Below, in pieces: positions 28,092-41,483 of a stretch of 64,000 nt of DNA. The first letter of the stretch is position 1. Each line of letters begins with the position of its first letter. Both the position numbers and the translations under genes were made by a program. Source of the DNA: Octopus sinensis (taxonomy: Eukaryota); contig NC_043006.1 in the NCBI RefSeq assembly GCF_006345805.1, positions 9,920,001 to 9,984,000 of the forward strand, written 5' to 3'. The notes under the pieces were generated by a model. It did no database searches. It was not told the origin of the DNA and saw nothing but the letters and a program-made list of their open reading frames with translations.

Positions 28092-29419
28092 CTTTTTTTG
28101 CATATTTATATATTTCTGTGTATGCATATATTTACTCACCCTGATAGGCATAGGATTCATGACAGGCTAAAATAGCCTAAACTATCAATATGAAATTTAT
28201 GAAGTGTTTTGAGACTATGGAAAATATTACAAATTATTGGTAAGAAATTCAGAATGCAGAAAAAAAAAGAAAATGTATTTTAGCTTTCTTTTTGCCAAAC
28301 TTCTATATATAACTTCTAAATATAATTTGGCATTAATTTGCCTAGGTATTATAAAATCTTAGTGAAGTGAGAAAATCGACTTTGCGCTTAATTGCCTTAT
28401 ACATGAATAAATTATAAAAGTATTCTACCCATGTTCACATAATCTACATAACTGAATATGAAAAATAGAGTGTTAATGATTGAAAAGAAAAAATAGTTTC
28501 CTCTATTGAGGAAGTCCGAAATTATTGCACAGCCGATAGAACGGTGTATTTCTCCGAGACAATAATGACAACCAGACAAAATATACAAGAATGATATTCA
28601 TGTACAAATGTATTCATTTACGAATGTTTTAAATGACTTGAGAAACAGTTTTTACATTGTACTGTGACTTCTATGCGTAATCAATCAATATAATCAGTGC
28701 ATTTAGCTATCAATTCATGGAACAGTTATATAACGATCCTTCTCTACAGAATTTAAAGTAAGCATGCTAGAGTTTTCAGATTATGCTGCTTACAAAGTTT
28801 GTAGCAAAGTAGTTTTATTTTCTTATGTTTTTAAAAGATTGAATTCAAGTTCAGATTTCATAATCACATTGACTGATTTAAAAATAAAATTTGCTATAGT
28901 TTCATCTCATAGCTGCGGCCATGCTGATGCACCGCCGTTTTGCTACACTGTTATTACTGAGAGCCTCCTCCAATATGTGGCACTTGGTGAAGAATGGAGT
29001 TTAATGTAGCTACCTTCATTTGCACCTCTTGCTAAACAATATTGCATGTCGTTGGTAACATTCTCCAGCAATCTCAGATGAGGAATACGTACTGTCCTCT
29101 TTCGTCTATCATAATTTGTGCTCTTTCCTATAGAGGGGACTGCAATGGCATTAGTTTGTGCCCAGGAGAAGCATTTCAATTATTCAACTATAAATACAAC
29201 ATAATTAAGAAATATTCTGTATCTATACACCAAATACTGTGTTGAAAACTGATTCTAACTGTGTAAGATTATATCCACACAATCGCACGCGCACACACGC
29301 ACACAAACAATCATATACATAAGCACTCATACGCACATGTATATAGGAGAGGAACATAGCGATAGGTAGATAGGCAGGCACACACAGGTATAGACATACA
29401 GGCAAGCAGGCAGACTGAC

Positions 29420-29480
<61 letters not shown>

Positions 29481-29496
29481 TATTGATTGATTGATT

Positions 29497-29563
<67 letters not shown>

Positions 29564-29572
29564 TGATAGATC

Positions 29573-29604
<32 letters not shown>

Positions 29605-29624
29605 TATTGATTGATTGATTGATT

Positions 29625-29679
<55 letters not shown>

Positions 29680-29688
29680 TGATAGATC

Positions 29689-29780
<92 letters not shown>

Positions 29781-29781
29781 T
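29420..29781. repeat. (GATA)n/(GATT)n microsatellite
   Basis: Direct reading. Confidence 0.95.
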
Positions 29782-30063
29782 AAGGAAGTTATAATTACTA
29801 ATTTCAAAAATATATTTTTAAAAATCACATTGAAGAAATGACTGTTAACCAAAATATTCCAGTCTTCAACGTGATTCATTAAGTATGATAAGCGATAATT
29901 TCAGAAAATCCTTTAAGGTATCTTCAAGAATCGTCTACTTTGTTGATGTGATGAAAAAGCGAATGGAATGTCGAATATGTTATGCTAAACCCTAAATAAT
30001 TATACTCTAATTCTCATAAAACACTAAGGAAGCGTTTATGAAGTTAAGATTCTGAACAAGTCG

Positions 30064-30222
30064 GAGGAGTGGCTGTGTGTTAAGAAGCTTGCTTCTCAAC
30101 CACATGATTCCGGGTTCAGTCCCACTGTGTGACCTCATGGGTAAGTGCTTTCTACTATAGTCTCGGGCTGATCAAATCTTTGTGACTAGATATGGTAGAG
30201 ATAAATTGGAAGAAGCCCGTCG
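30064..30222 (+). mobile_element. SINE family B, 5' half, diverged
   Basis: ggagtggctgtgtg.taagaagcttgc...ccgggttcagtcccactg...gaagcccgtcgt. Confidence 0.8.
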
Positions 30223-31069
30223 TGGGAAGGGTAAATTGTTACCAAATTATACTTTTAATTTCGTACATGCGAATCCTTTGTTTATTATTTTGTCGACTAT
30301 ATATTATGGTAAGGTCAGTTGGGCACCGCTTGTTAGAAGCGCAAATTACTCTGGCCTATATTTGGAAACAACGTGCTGTACTGTAAAATGACGTAAACAA
30401 ATTGAAAATTGGTCATATTAAACGTTCATTTCCTATTCAGGACCAAGTTTGTTTCATGCACAACATCTGTATTTTTTAAAAGGAAGTAAAAAATCTGAAA
30501 ATTTATTATCTAGATGCTGTTTTCCACGTCTCTTCCTATGAAGCCAGGAACTTCTGGAGAGAAAAAAATTGACATACACATTTTTTTTAATTCGTCGTTT
30601 TGAAATACGGATAGTCTGAATCTGCCATTCGTTTCTCTTTATAATTTCCAAATAATTTTTTTGATACTTCAAACTGAAAATTCCGTGAATGTGTACCAGA
30701 AACAGTAGTTGAAAATTAAGGAAATAGATTTTTGGAAGTTCTATTATGACTGACTTTTTTTCCATTATTCCAATAACTTCTGAAACTTATACATATACAT
30801 GTGTAAATGCACACAGAAACATACAAATATATACACACATTTTTACAGAGTTAGTTTTATATGTATCCTTCTATATATATAAATACTTCGGCATATCTAC
30901 ACAGTTGTACCTCAAAGATTTGCTTCTTCATAACCTTGAGAAAATTAAATATTTCTTTTCTACAAACATGCTTCAGATCATGTAGTTTCCGATTGAATTG
31001 GAATTCATTGTCAAACCCGTTTGTCCGTAAAGGAGTTTTAGAAAATTCAACCATTATGCTTTGTTGCAT

Positions 31070-31383
31070 ATGTTTTGGATACTTGTGATTGTCATAACCG
31101 TGCATGCATAAATATATAATTAAAACAATACGTATACTACCATGTAGGGCGGCGAGCTGGCAGAATCGTTAGCACGCCAGGCGAAATGCTTGACGGTGTT
31201 TCGTCTGCCGTTGCGTTCAAACTCCGCCGAGGTCGATTTTGCCTTCCATCCTTTCGGGGTCGATTAAATAAGTACCAGTTACGCACTAGGGTCGGTGTAA
31301 TCGACTTAATACCTCTTCTGTCCTTGTTTGTCCTATCTATGTTTAGCCTTCTGTGGGCAATAAAGAAATAAATACGCACACAC

Positions 31384-31428
<45 letters not shown>

Positions 31429-31525
31429 TCAATAAATGGTGGGGTTGTGTTGACCGCACGTGGAGAAATGATAAGTAAGGAAAAATTTTTTAAGCATTCT
31501 GCATTTAAAAAAAAAATTTTCCTTA

Positions 31526-31558
<33 letters not shown>

Positions 31559-31872
31559 GTGTATGCGTATTTATTTCTTTATTGCCTACAGAGGGCTAAA
31601 CATAGATAGGACAAACAAGGACAGAGGAGGTATTAAGTCGATTACACCGACCCTAGTGCGTAACTGGTACTTATTTAATCGACCCCGAAAGGATGGAAGG
31701 CAAAATCGACCTCGGCGGAGTTTGAACGCAACGGCAGACGAAACACCGTCAAGCATTTCGCCTGGCGTGCTAACGATTCTGCCAGCTCGCCGCCCTACAT
31801 GGGAGTATACGTATTGTTTTAATTATATATTTATGCATGCACGGTTATGACAATCACAAGTATCCAAAACAT
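31070..31872. repeat. ~800-bp inverted duplication (arms ~31070-31425 and ~31528-31872), each arm carrying a SINE family A copy
   Basis: atgttttggatacttgtgattgtcataaccg... is the reverse complement of ...cggttatgacaatcacaagtatccaaaacat. The arms differ at only a handful of positions. SINEs at 31147-31372 (+) and 31570-31795 (-). Confidence 0.95.
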
Positions 31873-32250
31873 CTTCACCAGTCTTCCAACTTCGTCTACC
31901 TGAACTATATGTCGTACCATTGCACGGCTGTCTCTCTGCTAATATTGCAGGCATTTCACATATAAAGTCCAGGATTATGTGATAAATGCTAAAGACCGTC
32001 AATTGACTTTCTTCCATAAAAGCATAAAAAATTTTTGGGAATAATAAAGACAAACAAATGGTAGAATCGGACCGTACGTATTTTAAAACAACGCATTAAG
32101 GACAAAAATCGGTGGGGTTGTAATATAATCATATCAATTCCATTATGCAGAATGCAGAATAGAAAAACTTGGTAAAAATTCGTAAAATTACAAAAGTTAT
32201 GTGGGGATTTAGCGCGTGCTTACATCGTAATTCCGCCCATTCATATACAC
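31830..32250 (-). mobile_element. Probable Merlin/ISXO2-like DNA transposon remnant
   Basis: Frameshifted minus-strand pieces FMEESQLT, CNISRETAVQWY..FR, QVDE.GRLV..FG resemble ISXO2-like transposase motifs. Confidence 0.45.
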
Positions 32251-32529
32251 GGGTGTGTGTGTGTGTGTGTATTTGTCTCTGTCTGTGTCTGTATCTGTGT
32301 GTTTGCTAGTGTCTGTTTTTCTTTTAGCTTTTGTTTACATATACACATCAGCAAATGAGACAATGAGGTACTATCTGTGTGGTTGTTCAATTGCTAGAAA
32401 TAACAACCAGATCTCCCTCATACTATGCTCTTTTTAGTATTAAGGAAATGAATAATTGCCGCAGCATTTGAAACCCAGCAGTGAAATTAATAAATGAGGA
32501 TGCTAAGTAACACCTACAATTGCTAGAAA

Positions 32530-32790
32530 TGAGAGTTAAGCTAGAACAGCCACACAAAAGCACTAATCTCATGAAATATTTGGGACTGCAAGCAGCGGGC
32601 TACATCATCTTTCTTAGGACAGTACACACCTTTCTAAAAGATAGAAGCCAGAGAGTGGTGTCCAATGGAGCCACGTCAAAGGAAGCACAAATACAAGTGG
32701 TGTTCCACAAGGGACTGTCCTAGAGCCATTGTTGTTCATAGTGGCCCTCTCAGACATGCCTTTAGCTGCTCGTAAAGCCACCTTTGCTAT
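32530..32790 (+). mobile_element. CR1-like LINE RT fragment
   Basis: FLKDRSQRVVSNG, then after a frameshift SGVPQGTVLEPLLFIVALSDMP. Confidence 0.8.
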
Positions 32791-33234
32791 TACAAAACAT
32801 TGGAGCGTTCTAGCTCCTAATTCTAGCAATGTAGGTGCTATTCACACTCTTAGTTAAGTTTAGTTGACGACTATAATTTTCCTTCACAGTGCAACGTTAC
32901 AAACAACAGTTTTTATTAATTTATTTTGTATACACATTTGCGATAAGCTAAATCAACTATAGATTTTTATGGTGAACATATATATATACCGATAGGCCAG
33001 CTAACACGGAATGAACCGAAGGAGCTGGCCTTACTGAATATGGCAATGGAAATTACCGTAACTGGCTGGTAAGTCTAAGGAATTCTCTGTTTAGAGGTTG
33101 GTGCGATTGCGGCGCCTATCAGAGTGTATGTCATGTGCTTTGTAATAGCATTGAAGCATTTTAGATCGTATTTCTAGCAATGTGTTATATACACCCATAG
33201 AGAAGTTTAATTGGCAACTGAAGATATATACATG

Positions 33235-33267
<33 letters not shown>

Positions 33268-33268
<1 letters not shown>

Positions 33269-33420
33269 GTTAATCCAAACATGAAAACACAAAGAGAAAA
33301 CACAACAACGCGAAGACGTGGAACAAGTATCGTATTATTGGAGGCCCAGGAAAGAAGGGAGGAAGGAGGATTTAACGTTTCGAGCGGAGCTCTTCGTCAG
33401 AATCATAGGAAAAGGAAAGA
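33268..33420 (-). mobile_element. Short PLE pLTR-like repeat family C with minimal HHR
   Basis: Minus strand tCTGACGAagagctccgctcGAAAcgTTaaatcc. Homologous to 39420, 51150 and 56955. Adjacent to (TA)n. Confidence 0.7.
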
Positions 33421-33470
33421 TGGCCGGTCACATTTTGAATGACCGGAAGGGAATGGGTGATGAAAAAGTA

Positions 33471-33512
<42 letters not shown>

Positions 33513-34515
33513 CGTATATATACATATATATACATACGTATATATACATATATATGTGTGTGTGTCTTTGTGCATGTGTTTAACTCTTATTTCTAGAAAT
33601 GTAGGTATTAATAACACCCTTGTCATATTTAATGGTAATTATAGTTTTTTTTAAAAACATTGCCTACTACTGTCTCTCTTAAATATATGGGCATACATAC
33701 ACACGCGCACACACGCACACACACACACATATACATGTATACACACACGCATTTTTGTCTGTAACTAAATGCATGTAGTGAGTGGATTCGCAACTAAAAA
33801 TAACATTAACGCAATACTATGCAGTACAATCGTTAACGTAGTACAATGATTCAGGCGAAGGAAAAAGTGTAAACGGACGTACATATTCGTATAGCTTAGT
33901 GACCAATAATAGGTATGGAAACTATAACAAATATATATATATATATATATATTCTATAATGGAATTACCTCACAAGCTGTACATAATAGTTCGGAATCAT
34001 TTCTGAAGAGGCGCAAATTCGTTTTATAACAGCGTCCATATATAAAATGAAAGTTCGCCGCATAATTATGTGTTGCAAATTGTATTACATTCTATTATAT
34101 TACACACATGTGCGCATGTAAATGCGGATTTTTTTCCGACTTTTATTCTCAGTAACAATTTATAGTCTTTTCCACATTTCTATATCTATATATGTATTAT
34201 TCTGTATACCTAAATGCTCAAAAATATCGGTAGGAAAAGATCGTGATGAATATTTATACGTATTAGTGTACATACATCCACAAATTTCACAACGTCCCTG
34301 AAGGCATAAGGATACACAGACACACACCAACTCGCACAATGTTTGATTATATATTAGTATATATCTATATATCCGTATGTATAAATGTGTGTGTATGTAT
34401 ATGTATATATATATTATATATATATATATATTATATATATATATAATATATATATATATAAATGTATATATATATATGATATAATATATATATGTATATA
34501 TATACCTATATATAT

Positions 34516-34589
<74 letters not shown>

Positions 34590-35263
34590 TGATAGATAGA
34601 TAGATAGATATATAGATGGAAACATATATAGATGCATATATATATATACATGCACAAATATTTGTACATATAGATATATAGATATATATTCATATATTTG
34701 TGTATATATATATAAGTGTGTGTATGTATGTGTCTGCCTGCTTGTGTGTAAGTGTGTGTATACTTACAAATACATATATAAATATTCAGAGCTTTCTATT
34801 AAATTTATTTTATTTGCCGTTTGGGCATTTATGCATTTATTCTAATTGAAATGCTGTTGAATAGCTTCTAAGAATGATGGGGCGATAATTGAAGAGAAAA
34901 AATTGTTTTGTTTCAGCGTTTGTTTTGATTTATACGGGAAGATTTATCTGTTTTATTTATATTTTATAGCAATTCATTTGTGCAATATTTCATGCCAACG
35001 CAACATAAAAACCTTCAGATGTTTCGTGCGCGAGTTAGCAATATATATCGTTCATGCTATTCGTTTTGGCATTGGTGAATCTGTGCCTTGAGTTATGAAA
35101 ACAATATCTACAGTCTACTTTCATGTTCCCTACTTATATTTCTGAAATAATTCCGATCTCGGAAATATTTCGCGTATATGTCAATCAGTGTAAAATCTAC
35201 AATAGTATTATGATTCCTATATGCACATACAAAAACAAACAGATTATGTATATATATATAATA

Positions 35264-35289
<26 letters not shown>

Positions 35290-35298
<9 letters not shown>

Positions 35299-36390
35299 CG
35301 TGTGTTGTATGTTTGCGTACGCGCATGTGTTCGTGGTATAAATTTGCGCGTTGAAAGAGTTAACTGTCTCTAATAGTCCATGCATCAAAAACGATATACA
35401 GTATTGCGTAGTATTTAAAATATTCTATAAACCTCTGGGTTTCTGAATCATTTTGAATACGCCTCTCAAGGGTTAATGCAAGGACATCAAATTTTCTACC
35501 TCTATATTATTACAGTAAGGGCGTGGGACGCAGTAGTTAGAGTATTCGGCCCAAAATCGCAGGACAACGGTTGTGATTTCCAGTGGGGCGTTGCGTCAAT
35601 AACTGACCTCTCAGGTGGCAAAAATGCAAATATCTTTGTCACAATCTTTGTCAAGCTGAATCACACTATTAACTGTTAAGGGTACACACACACACACACC
35701 ACACACACACACACACACACCACATATGTATATGCACATGTTTTTCAAAAAGTTACTCAAGGGCCGAATGTTTCATATGATGGATATTTTTTCAAGTGCC
35801 AGCCAATGCTCCAACTGTCATCTTTCGAGACACTCCTTAGCGTATGCAAATTATTAACAACACAACATATAGTCTTATTTTGAATTCTGTTTTGTTTGCC
35901 TCACCAAACATATACATACAAACACCCATATTATGTACACACATATATATTTGTGTGTGTGTGTGTCTGTGTATGTGCATTTTTGTGTGTGCATGTGTGT
36001 GTGTCTGCGTGTGTATATATTTGCGCGTAGAGAATGTTGACTGTCTCTAATAGTCCAAGCATCAAAAACGACATACAGTATTGCATAGTATTTAAAATAT
36101 TCTCTAAACCTCCGAGTCTCTGAAGTACTTTGAACAAGCTTCTCAAGAATTAATGCAAAGGCATCAAATTTTGCACCCCTATATTATTACACTAAAGGCG
36201 TGGTACCAAGTAGCAATGGTATGCGGCTGATGACCGCAAGGTTACAGTTGGGATTTCCAACGGGGCGTTGTTTCAATAAGTGAGACGCTATTTCATCTTC
36301 CAGACCACTCAACCGGGAAAAATGAAATCAACATTGTTACTTTCTGTATCACGGTGAATCACACTGAGAACTATGCAAAGGGTACGCATA
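35290..36390. repeat. Diverged tandem duplication (B-A-B) containing decayed tRNA-SINE copies
   Basis: 35340-35685 resembles 36020-36388 (atttgcgcgt.ga.a..gtt.actgtctctaatagtcca.gcatcaaaaacga...aagggtac). A-segment 35740-35920 recurs at 38475-38655. Confidence 0.85.
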
Positions 36391-36409
36391 TTTACATATA
36401 TATACATAC

Positions 36410-36490
<81 letters not shown>

Positions 36491-36516
36491 AATATATATG
36501 TATAAAAAAAAACCGG

Positions 36517-36885
36517 ATCATCCTCGCAATTTCGGCTGATTAATCTTGAGATCGCTCCGATCCGGCCAGCCCCAAGGAAAAACTAAGCTACGAGCATTAG
36601 TTTCTTGGAAAAAGGATCGAATGTATATGAAACTTAGGACAGAAAAACGGACGATGCCACACGAATATAAATACAAAAAACAATAATAGTAATAACAGGA
36701 CAAAAACAGCGGGTGTCTTGCGGTTTTAGACAGTTCAACTTAGCTTAGCTGGCGTATTTGGGAAATAATGCCTTACGGCAGACGAAGATGTCTTGTTGTC
36801 GTGGCGGTGCTCAGAAGCCGAAAGGCTAGTTGACCGGCGGTCACGTGAGAGGAGAAGAGAGAAAAAAAAGAGGCAAAAGAATCAA
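36517..36885 (-). mobile_element. Interspersed repeat family D (unclassified, inserted in (TA)n)
   Basis: Reverse complement matches 44460-44790 and 57550-57900 (ccgtaaggc, cgccagct, cttagcttagt, ccagccgaaa.tg). Confidence 0.75.
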
Positions 36886-36973
36886 AGAGAGAGAGGATAT
36901 ATTTATACACACATACATGCACACATATATATCTCTCCCTGTCTGTCAGTCTGTCTGACTCTCTCTGTATATA

Positions 36974-37007
<34 letters not shown>

Positions 37008-37189
37008 ATGTGTATGTATATATATATATATATATATGGTTATATATATATATAGATATATATACATACATACATACATGCTTATATATATAATATGTAT
37101 AAATATATATATATATATAGAGAGAGAGATACAGACAGACGACAGGCAAGCAGAGAGATGGTGTGTGATGCGTGTATGTGATATATATC

Positions 37190-37221
<32 letters not shown>

Positions 37222-37225
<4 letters not shown>

Positions 37226-38424
37226 ACTCTGATGTCATATATCTTGACTTAATGAAGCTTTCGACAGGGTTGACCATAATATCCTACTCTCAAAATTGGC
37301 AAATGTTGGAATCCGTGGAAAACTTCTACACTGGATGAAGTTTCCTGGCGAATAGAACACAAATGTTTTAGTTGATGGAGTCACTCAAGCCCAGACAAAG
37401 TCACCAGCGGTGTCCACCAGGGGACTGTCTTGGGCCCGCTACTCTTTATAATTTATATAAACGACTTTTCCAGTGTCGTACATTACTGCAAAGTGAAAAT
37501 ATTTGCTGATGACACTAAGCTCCAGCAATCGTCAATGAAGAAGCAGACCGAACTCAACTCCAGTCTGATCTATATGCTGTGAGTCAATGGACAGACAGAA
37601 ACAAAATGCAACTGAACGAGGGAAATTTGAGCTGATGCATTCTGGAAGAAATTCCTCACTAAAACAGCCATACTCTCTTCCTTCAGGGGAACCGCTCACA
37701 GCCTCTAACAATATCAGAGACCTGAGTGTAATTGTTGATGACGATTTCAGCTGGAGTGCACACATCAACAATAAGGTCGATATAACTCGTAGGATGAGTT
37801 CTTGGATCTTCAGAACTTTCCGGTCCAGAGAGCAAGGTGTCATCATACCACTTTTCTCCTCCTTTGTACAGCCACACCTCCAATACTGCTGCCCACTGTG
37901 GTCTCCCCATACAAGACAAAACATCTCGATTATTGGGACCGCCTTAAAGCCTTGAAACTCTACTCTCTCCAGTGTCGCCGTGAGCGGTACATCATTTGTA
38001 CGATGTGGGGAATATACCGCCAGCTTTGCCCAAACGACCTGAATATTAGCTTCAAGGTTCATCCAAGACTGGGTCCACGGGCTATACGTCCCCTGCCCAA
38101 ATCAAGATCACAGCAAACACGTACACCGCAACATAATTTCTTTTCCATAACAGGCCTTGCCCTATTTAACATTGTCCCGAAAGAGATCAAAGAGGAAAAG
38201 GATCCCATCAACTTTAAACGGAGTCTGGATAGATTCCTTCAAGGAATACCATATAAGCAACCCATAATTGGATACAACTCACCCAACAAAAACTCACTAC
38301 TTGAATGGACCATAAAAAAAACTTGACTTAAACAGGATTCAGATAATCCTATCAGGTGGTGCTATTAAGTAAGACATGGCCTGGACCAATCTTTGGTCGA
38401 AAATATCTAAGATTTATCTAAGAT
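37222..38424 (+). mobile_element. 5'-truncated CR1-like LINE (RT through 3' tail), frameshifted
   Basis: DVIYLD..AFDRVDH, SGVHQGTVLGPLLFIIYIND, IFADDTK, PHLQYCCPLWSP, RRERY. Short tandem tail atctaagatttatctaagatt. Flanked by (TA)n. Confidence 0.93.
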
Positions 38425-38460
<36 letters not shown>

Positions 38461-39419
38461 ATATATAAAACAGACGCTTTTCTCAGAGATAGTCAAGGCC
38501 GAAAAGATTCTTCGTTGGCATTTTTACAAGTACCAATGCACTAACTCCCCGCCTTGGTTCACTGTAGCGTATGCTAATTATTAATAGCACAGCACATACT
38601 CATATTTTGAATTCTATTTTACTGTTTATATATGCTGTTTGCCTCACCATATACATATATACATACATATATACATACTTATATACGGACAGACGTACGT
38701 ACATACATACATACATTCATACATATATACATATTAAGTATAAAAAAAAAGAAATTACACACAGATTTCATGTTGGGCAGAATATATATATATTTTGATA
38801 AAATTATTCATATAGTAGCTGTCGTGAATTGGAAATACAGAAAACAGATAACCCTTCACAGATTTAAAGCAACATCATTCTATAGTATATCATATTTTCA
38901 TAAAAATTATATATCTATTATATTATATTATATTATATTATATTATATTATATTATATTATATTATATTATATTATATTATTCTATATAATATTATATGA
39001 TATCACATATCATATCGTTTTATATTCCGTTATGTTGTTATATATTATATGTATATGTTATATGAAAGACCTGCTTGCAGGCAAAATGATCTTTTACTTC
39101 GCACATTTCTAAATGGATCAAGCTTTTTCGGTTACCTCAAGATGACAGCAATGAAAGATTTTTCATGAAAAACACCAAAAGAATTCCAAAGAACCATTTT
39201 ACCGACCTGTCAACGACATCCTGAGCGAGATCTATGTTTGAATTCTTACTTAATTATTAAATTTTTTATTTTGTTCCAAAGAAAACTACTCATCACTATT
39301 TTCCCTGCAGAAATATTACAGCACCGTTCAACCTTTGCATTTGCATTATAAATGTTTTACACATCATTGTCTTAAACTAAAGCACTTGCAATATATATAT
39401 ATGCATGTATACATACATG

Positions 39420-39595
39420 TATGTGATGTGACCGCATGTGAATCGTTGGCGATTCTTTTCCTCCGTCTTCCCTTCCTTGGGTCTTTCCTTTGTCCTTATT
39501 TCTGACAAATAGCTGCGCTGGAAACCATATACTTTTTCCAGTTCTCGCATTGTTGTGTTTTCTCTTCGTGTTTTCATATTTCGATTAACCCTATA
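39420..39595 (+). mobile_element. Repeat family C copy, decayed HHR
   Basis: tgtgaccgc...gtcttcccttc...ttctgacaaatagctgcgctggaaac...ttgttgtgttttctctt.gtgttttcat. Confidence 0.65.
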
Positions 39596-39627
39596 CACAT
39601 ACACACACACAGATAACATATATATAT

Positions 39628-39664
<37 letters not shown>

Positions 39665-39814
39665 AATATGAGAGAGAATCCACTATGTGGACGCACTTAA
39701 CGCTAAAGAGAGATCCGCATGAGTCTCAACCACTAAGAATTGCTCTCAAGAAACATTTAGCATACTATGAACGTAAGCGAGCAGGACAACTGAAAAATAA
39801 CAAAAATATAGATT

Positions 39815-39893
39815 AACCCCATACAATTGTTTCACTGTTAATAAATTATGCAATTTCACTTACACAATTAATTTGCAGATCATCAGTGAGGTC
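39815..39893 (-). ncRNA. Type I hammerhead ribozyme motif within a pLTR-like repeat (39661-~39900)
   Basis: Minus strand: gacctca-CTGATGA-tctg...cagt-GAAA-caattg-TA-tggggtt. Helix I has one G-U within 5 core pairs, helix II is long, helix III is palindromic. The 39661-39765 flank is homologous (inverted) to 44045-44138. Confidence 0.75.
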
Positions 39894-41324
39894 CATCATA
39901 AAATATAATTTGTCGAACTTCACGCCAGATATTAACACTAGGTCAAAAATACGAGTAGAACGACCTATTATATTCACAGTTATATTCAAATGCCCTCGTT
40001 CTAGCGCGCCACGTTACGGGAAATAAATACTGCAGAAATAATTCATTGCAGTATTTTACGCCGATTTGAGAACATATTAATTTAGAATTAAAATCAAAAT
40101 GACGGTGAAAAAATCATATATATTTATACTTACACACACACATATATATGTATATATATATATACATATACATATACCACACATACTTTCTAGAGTGTAA
40201 TGTTTGTGAGATGCTGGGCATTATATATGAAGGACAAAATGTATATTTGGAGCCTAAACGTAAGAAATATGTGGTTCCTCTTCTTGTCTTGATACATTCG
40301 TATAGCTATATGTTTTCAATTATATTTACTCATCATGGTTGCAATGACGAAGATGAATTTGTTCAATTCCTTATTATTACGAAAACTGTTGTCAAATGGA
40401 AGTCATATGAATTTAGCATTCTGTATTAAATGTTTGCTTTCTATCTTAGAGCATGTACATGTTTTGTATTGTAGATGAAACCATGCATTTCATTGTTGTA
40501 TCTTTCTTTTTTTATGTTTATATACGTAATGTCAATAATACTAATGGAACATTTGCATGCATATTTTGTAACAAAGGAAGATTTCGATGCGTTGTTATCT
40601 ATCACTTCCCACTTCAAACAAATATGTATTTGTGTGAGTGTGCGCACGTGTGTGTGTGCGTGGGTGTGTTTGTGCGTGCGTGTGTGGGGGGTTGTGTATC
40701 TGTGTATCTGTGTGTCTGTGTCTCTGTGTACCTTACCTGTTTTGCTGCATCATATGGAGGCGAAATCTTCGGTCGCCCTCACGCTCGATAGAGTTATGAA
40801 TAATTTGAATTTTTCTTGTATATACATCCGATACTCATATCCATCACAGTTGTTATCTCGTCCCGTATTAGATATAATATTTCTCGGATATTCATTTGAA
40901 ACTTAAGTTTCTGTACATTCACTATTGTAACGCTCGTCTTTATATTTTTCATGGTATTTGATAAACTCAGGATTCCACAGAGATAATCTCATGGAATCTA
41001 GGTTTTCTCTCTAAATTCCATTCTTCTGACTCAAAGAACATAGCAACAAACCCAAGACTGATATATGATAATTATATTAGACATAATCTTCTTACATCAG
41101 CAATCTCATCTCCATCAAAATCCTATATGTCACTATTCAATCCCACTCTTTATCGTGTTTTCATCTTTCATTGTTGTATTCTTTATTATTACAAATGCCT
41201 CTTTACTAATTTATTCTGCATTCCTACCTTACATGTTCGCATATACTGCTTTTCAGTTTAATATGGTCGGTGAAGCATAGCATCTTAAAGTAACACACAC
41301 ACACACACACACATACACACACAC

Positions 41325-41360
<36 letters not shown>

Positions 41361-41483
41361 AGAGAGAGACGGGGAGAGAAAGACGGAGGAGGAAGAGAGT
41401 GGGGAGAGAGAGGCGTAGTTGCCTATTTTCGAACGATCTATATGTTGTGGCTATTATTATTACTGTTGCTTTCATTTGTTATA

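Noticed and set aside
31823-32053. ORF with VWC-like pattern CNGTTYSSG..W...DTCDCHN..C
   Set aside because: Cysteine spacing is incomplete, and an alternative frame gives ISXO2/Merlin transposase-like motifs, a better explanation.
33998-34075. CTGAAGA-ggcg...cgcc hairpin resembling an HHR
   Set aside because: GAAA and helix III are lost (gcataattat); at best a dead relic, not counted.
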